A DNA stretch of 62,631 bases, the filler included, from Nemertoderma westbladi (Eukaryota > Animalia > Xenacoelomorpha): NCBI GenBank assembly GCA_032718475.1. It is 3 parts of 3 records of this genome, joined end to end, with 100 filler letters (N's around TTAATTAATTAA, not from the genome) between each part and the next. Parts side by side here need not be neighbours in the genome. Positions count along the whole stretch, not along the records: positions 31,985 to 52,710 come from JAUCBJ010002327.1; positions 52,811 to 62,631 come from JAUCBJ010005474.1; 1 more part is not named here. One strand, written 5' to 3'. Of the stretch, positions 51,904-62,631 are shown in pieces. The notes under the pieces are model-generated. The model saw nothing but the letters and a program-made list of their open reading frames with translations. It did no database searches and was not told the origin of the DNA. Both the position numbers and the translations under genes were made by a program. The stretch's first letter is position 1; the number at the start of each line of letters is the position of its first letter.

Positions 51904-52710
51904 ATGGATAAACAATTGAAATGTCCATTTTGTCCTCCTCAAATTTCTAAACGTAACTATTTACGCCACCTAAGGACGCATTTTGAAGGTTATTCTTGTT
52001 TTAAGTGTCACGTTTTCACACCTACAGAAGAAATATGTAAACGACATGAGTCAACTACGGGATGTAAAGAAATGAAGTTTTGCGTGTATGAAAAAACTTG
52101 CCCTACTTGTAATAAAGAGTATTTATATGAGAATTACTTACGTCACGACTGTCACCAACGTTATTATCATGTTAGACCACCACCACAACGGAACCAAAAC
52201 AATACTATCGTATCTAGAAAAAGACTGAAATCTGGTCAAGGTTCATCAATTTTTAACATTGAACGAGCCGCACACGATAACCGTTTAGAAATCTATGTTT
52301 ACAATCTTCCAAATGATGAAGATTTTCCTGATATTCATTCATCATTAATTAAAATTCTACCTCACATCCAAACTTTATTATTAGGAAAACTTAGCGAAAT
52401 GAATGTACTTAGACCCTGGCTAGGTGTGAATATACTCATGTATCGATCACATTTTTCAGAGGGTGATCAAGAAGAAGCTTTCTATTTTAGTTCTTCAGGT
52501 GGTGCAGTTAATACCGTAGATTCACATGAAAGTTTTGACACATGGTTTGAGTATGTATTAGAAAAATTAATGCAAAAAATAGCCATATTTAACACTCGTG
52601 GCTCAGGATGGCGCGTTAAATCTTTATTAAGAGTGGAAATTAAAGTAGCTGAATCCAAGTGTAGGTCGTTACTATATAAGGGACACGGTTATATGGAGTT
52701 ACCTAAGGCT
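51904..52710 (+). CDS. N-terminus of a Polinton/Maverick-type family B DNA polymerase-like protein with C2H2 fingers, cut by the gap
   Basis: CPFC..YLRHLRTH and CFKC..H fingers. FNTRGSGWRVKSLLRVEIKV...GHGYMELPK matches the GSGW...Y-x-x-LP block I recognise from these proteins. Catalytic motifs are not visible. Confidence 0.65.
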
Positions 52711-52810
52711 NNNNNNNNNNNNNNNNNNNNNNNNNNNNNNNNNNNNNNNNNNNNTTAATTAATTAANNNNNNNNNNNNNNNNNNNNNNNNNNNNNNNNNN
52801 NNNNNNNNNN
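52711..52810. other. Artificial contig spacer
   Basis: N run + TTAATTAATTAA + N run. Confidence 0.97.
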
Positions 52811-52831
52811 TTAGGGTTTGTTCAGAAGTGG

Positions 52832-52934
52832 AAAAATGAGAAAGCGCGTCACCGGGGGTTGAACCAGCGCTATACGTACGTTTCGGCCTAACAGGCCTCA
52901 TCAGTAGCGCTAACCAGCTCAGCCACTAGCCCGC
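52832..52934 (-). ncRNA. tRNA-like Pol III unit containing a type I hammerhead ribozyme
   Basis: Minus strand: GCGGGCTAG TGGCTGAGCTGG(A box) TT AGCGCTA CTGATGA GGCC TGTTA GGCC GAAA CGTACG TA TAGCGCT GGTTCAACCCC(B-box-like) CGGTGACGCGC TTTCTCA TTTTT. Confidence 0.85.
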
Positions 52935-52984
52935 AAAGACTGCCCGTTCAATAGAAGTGGATTAGGTGGGACTGTTAGTGTCAG

Positions 52985-53043
52985 GGGCTAGTGGCTGAGC
53001 TGGTTAGCGCTACTGATGAGGCCTGTTAGGCCGAAACGTACGT
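52985..53043 (+). ncRNA. Inverted, 3'-truncated copy of the tRNA-head/hammerhead unit
   Basis: Perfect 59-bp reverse complement of 52874-52932; lacks the 3' strand of stem I. Confidence 0.85.
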
Positions 53044-53184
53044 TAAAAAACAATCAATCAATCAAACCATAATCAGCACAGTCAGCCTACGCATGGGTGG
53101 TACCTACGGTGCGCACTACAACGGCTGAACGGCAGTACAGCAATACGGTGTACCGTGCCAATGACTGAATGATTAGCGGTAACT

Positions 53185-53890
53185 ACTATATATTATATTA
53201 TATTATATTATTATATTATATATTATATTATATTATATATTATATTATATTATTTGGGTGGAGACACCGCTGTCATAGAAGCGTACAAATAAAACTGCAC
53301 ATAATAAAATAAAACAGGAGAAAGTTGAACAGAGAATAAAACAAAACGACTTATACTATGGCACCATATTAAAATAAGATTAAAAACGAAATTAAAATAC
53401 GCTAAAATATTATTACATGTTAAAATAAAAGTGTAGGTCGCTAAAAAGAGTTGAACTCAGATAGAACAAATGATATGAAAAATAGAAAATAATTAGAAAT
53501 TGGCATAGTTACAAATTGCGGTCAAATTTAATCCAATTATTAAAATCGCACACATAAATATGGCGTTTGAACAATTCAACTGAGGGGGCAGTCACTGCAA
53601 CGTAAGGTAGATTGTTCCAAACAGGCACAACACGATTTGTAAATGAGTTCTGCACCGCAACAGTTCTGCAATGTCCTTGCTGCAATTTGTAAGGATGCCC
53701 CCTTAGTCTTATTGAAGATGAATTTACATTTACAAATAAATTATTAGATTCTAGTGAAATAAAACCGTTGAGTATTTTAAAAACAGTAATTAGGTCAATA
53801 TGCACTCGTCTAAGTTCTAGTGATTGTAATTTCAAAATTTTTAGCCTTCTTAGGTAACAAGCATCAGTATCTAAATAGCACCGGTGGAAT
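53185..53890 (-). mobile_element. 3' end of a CR1-like LINE with (ATATA/ATAAT)n tail
   Basis: LQSLELRR..DLITVFKILNG, RLRGHPYKL, SFTNRVVPVWNNLP; AT microsatellite 53185-53253 at the 3' end. Confidence 0.85.
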
Positions 53891-54360
53891 AACCTAACTG
53901 AACTATCTAAACTAGTATATTATTATTACCGGTACTAGGCTAATTAGGCCTAAACTATAATCACCGCAAGGGTTTCCGGGGCCATGTTTAGATTACATGA
54001 TATGGCATGTCTGCAGTGTATGGTACCGGCTGACCTGTATTACAGCCTGACAGTACCGGTACAAATGGTACATGCAGATTGGCAGACAGCCCCTATGTTT
54101 TGCAAAATTTGTCAGAAAACCAGCTGATTTATCCTACAGTAATAATAATTTAACGCATGTTAATTTTGGATAAATAAATATATTATAACTACAATAACAG
54201 TTACACTGATGATGCACGAAGGCCACACGCAAATTCTACTTGGAAAATTTTCAAACTTTTGCCAAACAACATGTGTACCAAGTTTGGATAGATTTCATCA
54301 AGGATTGGCCGAGTTATTAACGTTTAAAATAAAATACTGAAAAAAAACGCGACAGAACGA

Positions 54361-54473
54361 CAGGTTGATTAATGGTACCACTACGCTAAGGCTCTCTCAC
54401 TTCGTGGCTCGCCCCACAGGTTGATTAATGGTACCACTACGCTAAGGCTCACTCACTTCGTGGCTCGCCCCAC
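54361..54473. repeat. 56-bp tandem duplication
   Basis: caggttgattaatggtaccactacgctaaggctc.ctcacttcgtggctcgcccca x2. Confidence 0.9.
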
Positions 54474-56457
54474 AATATCCATCACCTTTACAAAGACAAA
54501 CTTTTGAAGAACCAAAAACCTGAACAACCAACAGCGGCCCAATAGCGAATCTATCTCAGCATCGCTAAAAGATCATCTGCTATTAAAACGAGAAGTCTAT
54601 GTTGTTAGGAAGAAGAATGCATTCATATTTATAGATATTTATAGATACCTCGCAAATATAAACCTATTTGGACAGCATTTTAATCAAATTAGTTTCTTTC
54701 TAAAATAATACATAGATTTCGAAAGAAATTGCGCATTCAAAGTCGCAATCTATCACTTTATACGACTAGAATTCTAACTATTACATTACTATAGTCATTA
54801 TAATATAAAACGCCTCACACTGTAATCTAATTACCTGTAAACTAATCAATCAGGGAATTCCACAGGGAACACTCCTTGGCCCGATTATATTTTTAATGTA
54901 TGTAAATTCCATAGCTAGCAAAAGTAAACTCCAACTAATCCAATATGCAGACGACCCCTTAGTATACTGTCATGATAAAAATCCAAACAGAGCTGCAATA
55001 TCATTGAGTAAACACATAAATGAACTAAAGGACATTTTTAGCTCTTTGCACCTCCAACTAAATAACGATAAGACTGAATTCATGTTAATATCCCCAAATT
55101 CTAGAACAGACGAGATAAATAGCATACAACTGGATCTCAGTGAGGATACAAATAAACAGACTAACATTCCACAATCTACACACATCAATTACCTTGGTCT
55201 AACCATTGACAACAAACTTGAATGGCGCGAACAAATTAAGATCACCTCAAATAAAATGATCCAGGCCGTCTCTGGACTTCGGCAGATAAAGGGTCAGCTA
55301 TCAGTAGGCACAAAACTAAATATTTATAAGGCTACAGTATTACCATACCACAATTACTGCTGTGAAGTACTAGTATCATTGCATAATGTCCACGGCTTTA
55401 AAACTATCTTATATAGCTTAGAGAAAATACAAAACTATGGACTTCGCATTGTCCATAGCAAAAAGATTTCTGATATTTCTGGCACCGAATTACGTCGTCT
55501 ATCAAAACTACCAACACTAACAGCCCTTAGGGAATATTTTGCTTTACGATTTTTTTATCAATATATATTCAAAATTACCAAACCATTCCAAAACTTAGAA
55601 CTACCATTTATTAGCAACAGTCAGAAACAACTATTAAACCCGAGAACGAATAAAGTAAAAATTCCAATAACGAAAAACACAATATCATACAACAGCGCTA
55701 TGTTAAGTTTTGCACGCCTATGGAACTGCACAAATAAAACACTAACACTCATAAGGCAATACCAGGAATTCATGCGCGCGTTAAAAAAACACTTTCATAC
55801 AAAATACGACAGAAATGCAATTACATAACTTCAACTAAAAGACAACAACCATTTACAATTATTCAACCGTTTTTTAACGAACAGTATTATTAACTGCCAC
55901 TAGCCCTACATTGCAACCTGCTATACTTATTGGTGATTATTATTTATTGTGCTGTTATATTAGTGTCAATTACGATTGTGTGTGTATGAGTATGTATAAA
56001 TATATTTGAGTGAGTATGTGTTTAATACTAGTAGTATGTATTGTAGTATAGATTTAGAACAAATAACGTGCGGCTGCTGACGCTGATTGGGTGTCGTTAG
56101 TTCCAAAGTACATTAGTTCCAAACCGCAAACGTCGTTAGTTCCAAAGGGGGTGTCATTAGTTCCAAACAGGATGCGACATTAGTTCCAATCAAGAAACGT
56201 CGTTAGTTCCAAAGGGGGCGTCGTTAGTTCCAAAGGGGGCGTCGTTAGTTCCAAATGGGGATGTCATTAGTTCCAAAAATAGAAATGGGAATTAATTTCA
56301 ATATTACAATAAGTAACCGTTAACAGATTTAATCAGATTTAATCCTATTTAATCAGATTTAATCCTATTTAATCGATTTAATCCTATTTAATCAGATTTA
56401 ATAAGTTGGTGTTATAAAGTTAAAGTGATGGTAGTGGTATTATAAAGTTAAAGCTGC

Positions 56458-59400
56458 CTAGTGGTTGCCCAGGAGATGTTGTATATGATCGAGGTAAGCA
56501 TAGACAACTGGGCGTGGAATTGGCGTAGCTTGGACAGCATAGTAGTCTATCTGCACACGTAACTGCGCCTTCGCCTCCGTGATCTGGATGTCTACCATGA
56601 CATCCCGCTCTCTGCGTTTGCGAGCCAGAACGTTCCCAGCTTCTAGATTCCTCGCACGCACCAAGTAGGAATTGTGCCACAGCTGCGCTTGTTGAATGAA
56701 ATCTCCCAGCTCCGGATGGCGGTGTGAAAACCGATGCTGAAGGGAATTATGCCACCCCTCAGCGTGGTTTGTAGTACGGGGGCCATCATTATCCCAGTTG
56801 TTCCATAATGGAATGAAGTTGGGTCGTAACCAGTAGTTGGTATAGTATTGACAGAACTCGATCAGGTGAACGTTTATAGTTGCATTAGGGAGGACAGGAA
56901 CTTCACCTAAAATGTCCACAGCAACTTGGAGAACTAGCCAAACTGGAAGGAGGCACAGAGCAACCAATCTTCTCATCCAAATTCTAATTCGCTCTTCCTG
57001 CTGACAAGGAATAGCCAGGCCCAGCTTGTCCCTTCTCTCATTTAGGTTTTTCACGTAGTGAAAAACGCAGCCCTGAACCTGAACTTCAGGTAACTCCACA
57101 CCAATAGCATTAATGGCACTCTGCTCGAAGTCCAAGTGCCACGAAACTCCAGGAATCTCGTGACAACCAGGCACTAAAAGCAAATTCTCCCGGATCCGCT
57201 CGAACAAGTACATATACGTTTGTTGTTCCTTGTTTGGTAGCAAAGCATAGACAAGTGGAATAGACTCGAGATTGTTGTCTTTATCTGGAATAAATCCATG
57301 TATAGTGTAGAGTTGTTCAAATGGATAGGGAACTATTGGTTGGTATTTAAAGTTACCATCCATGACAATGTGCCGTGATCTTAAGAGGCGTGCAAAATCA
57401 GGCATGGCAGAGAGTATTATAATCTTAGGATCTTCAGGATGTTGTGGACGATAAACCATGAGTAATTCGTTTTGACAAGCATCCCCCGGATTGGCAAAAC
57501 GCCCCCTGTGCGTTAGCGTTAGAGCAAATGGAATGTTGAAAATATCCTCCACTTTTGGAACACTTCGACGGCGACCTCGCTGATAGGACCTTTGTACGGA
57601 GTTAAAGGAGGGCATTTTATCCTCAATAGCCTGCCTTTCAAACTCTTCTAAATCCGGATGGGAACTCTGGATCTCAGCTAGAGCATCATTATAGGCGACC
57701 CGAGGGCGCTTCCCGGTACTACGAATCACCTGTCTCGTCTTTCGATCTATTTGCTGAGCGGCAACGTTTTCCTTACCAAGAGCTGCGCAGTAGTGCGGAC
57801 GATTCGGGTTCACCGGGTCAACCATAATTCTATCGCCTTTAACCGTGATGCATGGAGGTGGTGGAAGAGAATGGTCCCCATCTTTCGCTAGCTTGCACAA
57901 TTTGCACTTGTAGTATAATGCATTACATGAGAGTAAAAACCCAAGCGATCATTTTGTGAACATCCAATGACATTGCCTGTTTTATAAATGCTTTAAGTTG
58001 TTATGGGATGTTCTGTTTGATTGGTTGTTATGTGATTTACTTGCTAATCTTGGCCAGTATTAAATGCACTAAATGAACAAGCGATCAATGTAACTTAGTA
58101 GTTTACATTTAAATATTAGCAGTATGCCGGTCAGCCGGTAGCTCTACATGTACTCTCAGACTCTAACACACTTACCTATGACGCTATGAGTGATTGTTTG
58201 CAGTGACTGACGTAATAATGAAATAATGCAGGAATGTACTTAAGAATATAATACAATTGATGGACTCTTGCTCTAGGTTCTAGGATAGAGGCCAGGCCTC
58301 TTTACAGCTTTAATCTTTGTAAAATACTGTCATACCGTACAATACAGCAGTAACTGGACATTTAATGTAGGTAAATAAATAATTTGAATAAATACATAAT
58401 ATGATTATATGAATTATGATTATGAATAAATAATAATGATAGAATTATATATGACAACTACTGTATTATTGTCCCATGTGAACAATCCCAGAGTACCCAG
58501 AAAAGCCAAAACGAGCCAACGTTTGTTTAAACGTTTGCTCTGTTGGTTGGTTGGTGTTGGTCGGTCGGTTGGTTGGTCGGTCGCGGTCGGTCGGTCGGTT
58601 GGTTTGGTCGGTCGGTGGGAACTGGGAATATAGGAAGATGGGAATGTGGATGGGAAGGTGGCTGGATGCTGGGATGGGAATGTGGGAATCAATAAACGCT
58701 GTTGTTACTTACCAATTTAAGGAGAGGAGCAGGTTACAGCGACAGCATTTTCAAACCAAAACAATAAACGATCTTGTTACCTACAAATTGAGGGAAAGTA
58801 GCAGGTAACAGTGGCGGGCTTTTCTAACCAAACAATAAACGTTGTTGTTGGTTACCTGATAACCAAAACAATAAACTGTGTTGGCCAGGTTACATGGTGT
58901 CGCTTTTCTAACCAAAACAATATAAGTTGTTACAAAATAATACTATAAATAATTATTACCGGTACCACCAAATGTTTATTTTATTGGTTATACATTTCTG
59001 CCGTTTTGTGCTCTTTTTACCTTACATCTTTATTCCAAAATAAATAATAAATATAGTACGTAATAAAAATCATTATTATTCTATCCATTACCCTGCCACA
59101 GCAACCTGCTCCTTTCCCTCACTTAATAATTATCATTGCTAATTCGCCGGGATGTGCTTTTAATTCACCAAGATAGGTTTTCGAAAATCCCCCCCCCCCC
59201 CCCCCCCCCCCCATCATGCCTCTTGTGAAACATATTGACTCCTACTGTATATCTGTACACATTGATCAGTGCTTGTTCATTTAGTGCATTTAATACTGGC
59301 CAAGATTAGCAAGTAAATCACATAACAACCAATCAAACAGAACATCCCATAACAACTTAAAGCATTTATAAAACAGGCAATATCATTGGATGTTCAGAAA

Positions 59401-59569
59401 ATGATCGCTTGGGGGGTTTTTACTCTCATGTTAATGCATTCTCCGTTTTCGCTTTGAACATGAATTGCAGAATCTGACCATTTCCGCAAGGATATGACAG
59501 CAACGGGTGTTTTCCGGATTTAGAGTTTTGGGTGAATGCTTCGAATGAGCCAAAGTCTTCTTGAGCCAT
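56458..59569 (-). pseudogene. MULE transposase, 531 aa when the insert 57925-59431 and one TSD copy are removed
   Basis: ccaccATGG start; MAQEDF...TENAL|YYKCKLCK joins in frame. DDE motifs VMDGNFK, LDFEQSAINA, GCVFHY, TTNHAEGWHN. Confidence 0.93.
57925..59431. mobile_element. Non-autonomous TIR element (~165-bp TIRs, 9-bp TSD TAATGCATT) nested in the transposase
   Basis: acatgagagtaaaaaccc...gatcaatgta is inverted at ~59257-59431. TSD at 57916-57924 and 59432-59440. Confidence 0.93.
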
Positions 59570-61489
59570 GGTGGATTAAACCTTGCCTATATGTGCTTAT
59601 GGCTAAGGCCTAACAGTATGCTATACACTAGACCTACAGATATAGGCTACTGGTACTAAAGTGATAATAAATTAATAACGATGTGCAAAATTATACCGAA
59701 GGCCTATATATTATGCATTCTACCGGTACCGACCGGTACAGTATCTCTATTATGAATGCCTATGTCTATAGCCAACGAAAACTATTCAAATAATAGTTTT
59801 TTTGATATCATGCTCTTTCTAGCTATTACCGGTACTCAAGCATTCTGCATTCTGGTGTCTATTACGGTATTCGTACGGTATGAACTTCCTGACTAGAACT
59901 GGATACCGGTAATGTACACAAGCATTCATATTCATACGGTATGGACTTCCTGACTAGAACCGGATACCGGTAATGTACTCAAGCATTCAGGTTTTTTTGA
60001 TTTAACTATCAGTATATAATTATACAGTAGAATTTTCTTTGGAACTAATGACACCCTCTTTGGAACTAACGACGACCCCTTTTGGAACTAACGACACTTC
60101 GCTTTGGAACTAACGACTCTTTGGAACTAATGACACCCCCCTTGGAACTAATGACGTTTCCGAATTGGAACTAATGACGCTTTGGAACTAAGGTACTTTG
60201 GAACTAATGTCGTGATGCCCTGACGCTTATTCATCACCAATCATCAGCCATGTCTGCGCCATCCAGACGGGCTGCCTCCATATGTTTTTTAAACATCGGA
60301 GTTTTGATGAATAAAAGATTTTAACTAACTAACTAACTAACATCTAATAAAGTGCTAAATTATACGACTTGAAGTAAAAAGTTGTTATCCGTTAAATTTC
60401 GTATTGAGCAAAAAAAAAACCGGGTATATATGGGAACCTGCTGTATGTGGAATAACAAAATACATAGGCAATGATAGAAAACCCAATTACAACTATTATA
60501 GGTGTTTTAGTGATTTTAGTGAAATGTCTTATGCATTACCCAATAGACCACAAAGCATTAGGGGAGCACGACCGCAACCGCCGAGAAGCTACGTCCGTTC
60601 ACGATCAGGTTGTGATCAAAATATATATATATTTAGTGCTCTATTCGCCGCCGTGCGTTATTACGGTTATAGTGTAGCCGGTATGCATTGTATAGCCGTG
60701 CGGAGTATATCATACTAATGTAAGTTCATATTGCTGTATATAATAATCTAATTGGTATGACAACACTTCCATGGGGGGGGGGGGGGGGGGAATTTATACA
60801 ATAGCCATTGAGGAGCCTCTCGCACAACCTTACTATTGATTCAACTTATTCTCATTCCCCCTGTACATCTCATAATACTTACAAAGCATGTTCGGTATTA
60901 ATAGCTGCAATACGCCATGGAAATATAGCTAACTTTATTTACAAATTGCTTTGATGAAATTGATTTCTACACAGTATATTATTGTTATTCTGACATAGCA
61001 GCTTTATTAAAATATTAAGTGGGTTTGGTGCTAATTATGCATGGAAAACACATACTTTTCAAAAACATAATATAATTACTATTTATTATATGAAAATAAA
61101 ATAGTGCTTTATTTCCCGCTGACGCCGCTCGTGTATAATTTGCCTGCGAGCGTGAGCGAGTGAGGTTATTATACGTAAAAGAGTCCTAAAGCTATTTTAT
61201 TATCACATTAATTTTATTGGTCAATAAGATAATTGCTTTTTCCACTAAATTAAATGGTTTCTCACTAAATTTTTGTCACTAAAAATATATATACCTGCAC
61301 TAAAATCTATTAATTATCACTAAAATCTATTTTTTGTCATCAAAAATAAAACTACCTTATTGATTCTATTAGATTTCGCTTATTGTTTTGGTTAGAATAA
61401 CGTGCCAGTCTCACCTGTTCCTTCCCATTATTTTGTGATAATTAACATTTCGTGTATTTCATCATATATCATTTTAATTAGAATGATAA

Positions 61490-62520
61490 GTCGACAAAAT
61501 GGCCACAACTCACTCCCAGTGTCCTTAAAAAATCCTCTCAAGAAAGTTATGTGTTGTCCACCGTATTCTCTCCACGACGCAGCCAATGCAGAAGATTATC
61601 CTCTGGCTGGTCCACACGGCGAAAGCAATGCCCCACAAAGCGGTGGCGGCTCCGTTCAAGTTTCAAGCTAGGGGAGTCTAATGGAACACCTCCTATGTTG
61701 TAAAGTGTCGGATTGTAAATGTATTGATGTGTCCTCAGTAGTTAGAGTCCAACAACCAGAATGGACTCCTATAGGGGTACTGGTTCCCCATAGTGATTCT
61801 AACAGAGTACTCAGTAAATCATCAGCAAAGTCTAGATCAATCAGGTACTTCGCTGGATTTCCCCGATTTCTGGAGCCAGTAGGTGGAGTTATCATCACCC
61901 CATCATCATTATAATGATCTAAGGACATGCGTAGAACATAGTCAACCACAATAATGAACAAGAATGGTGCAAGTGTGTCTCCCTGGAGGACGCCCCATAA
62001 CACTTCAAATGGTTCTGTGTCACCATCAATCCATCTTTATTATGTTGAGTAACAAAATCCACCACAATTATTAACAAGAATAGTGCAAGTGTGTCACACT
62101 GAATGACTCCCCATAATACTTTGAATGGATCTGTGTCACCATCAGCAGTAGACACAAATGTGATGGAACCATCATACAGTGTTCTGATAGCTGCAATAAT
62201 TCCCTCAGGTATCCCATATCCTGCAAGCTGCAAGTATGATGAATAATGAACATACGTGGTCTGGATACTGAGTCGAATGCCTTAACGAAGTCAACAAAGA
62301 TAACAGCCAGATGCCTGTCTTTCTTTTTTGATAACTCTTCAATTATCCTTCTAAGTGCCAAATTGGGCTCCATGGTCCCACGACCTTTATGGAACCCATT
62401 CTGATTTCCACGCAGCAGTCTCTCAATGGGATCCCTGATGCGATTTAATAGAATTCTATTGTATAGCTTTGCAGCAATCGAGATCAATGAGATTCCACTA
62501 TAAGTTAGGTTACCCTTTTT
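61490..62520 (-). mobile_element. Degraded RTE-like LINE, same family as 16746-17691
   Basis: ISIAAKLYNRILLNRI, FVDFVKAFDSV, GVLQGDTLAPFLF, MSLDHYNDDGVMITP..GNPAKYL.DLDFADDL shared with the 16.8 kb copy; internal duplication and deletions. Confidence 0.9.
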
Positions 62521-62631
62521 TGGGGTCCAACTTATTTGTTTTAATTTCTTGTGAGACTTTCTGGGTTCTTCTTTACATGTCTATGATAATTGGATGAATG
62601 AGCTCCAAACACTCAGAAAATTTAAATCACT

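Larger units (their letters stand above)
56089..60220 (-). mobile_element. Mutator-like (MULE) DNA transposon with modular TIR arrays; 11-bp TSD with one mismatch
   Basis: About nine TTAGTTCCAA motifs at 56093-56278, inverted at 60038-60210. GGG...CCC termini. tgacgctgatt at 56078-56088 versus tgacgcttatt at 60221-60231. Confidence 0.92.
54846..60341 (+). mobile_element. 5'-truncated CR1/L2-group LINE whose 3' UTR is interrupted by the Mutator-like element
   Basis: GIPQGTLLGPIIFLMYVN, QYADD, LNNDKTEFM, YLGLTIDNKL (ORF ends 55828). The presumed 3' end resumes after 60220 with AATAAA and (AACT)n. Confidence 0.8.

Noticed and set aside
56093-56278. TTAGTTCCAAA repeats with variable spacers resembling a CRISPR array
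   Set aside because: Spacers are very short and the array is mirrored at 60038-60210; these are modular transposon TIRs.

Overview
Repeat-dense eukaryotic DNA, most likely from an invertebrate animal. It consists of three contigs joined by artificial N/TTAATTAATTAA spacers (31885-31983 and 52711-52810). The only host-gene signal is two near-identical 123-bp phase-1 calcium-binding EGF exons (5346-5468, 14543-14665) in a tandemly duplicated exon/intron unit; its introns hold BEL/Pao LTR elements (one full length, 16286-28601, TSD ATGGT), RTE-like LINEs, a Penelope-like element with a minimal hammerhead ribozyme, and MITEs. Contig 2 holds a CRE-like RT fragment, DNA-transposon derivatives, a Gypsy element whose RT is interrupted by a second Gypsy, a SINE and a piggyBac-type element, a 15-bp minisatellite, and a probable Polinton/Maverick fragment (PC4-like ORF plus polB-like N-terminus). 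Contig 3 holds LINE fragments and a Mutator-like element whose 531-codon transposase is open once a nested TIR element is removed. The most striking feature is a ~100-nt tRNA-like Pol III unit (52832-52934, minus strand) with a canonical type I hammerhead ribozyme between its A and B boxes. Next to it is an inverted copy that stops exactly at the predicted cleavage site. Family assignments come from motif recognition by eye; no searches were run.
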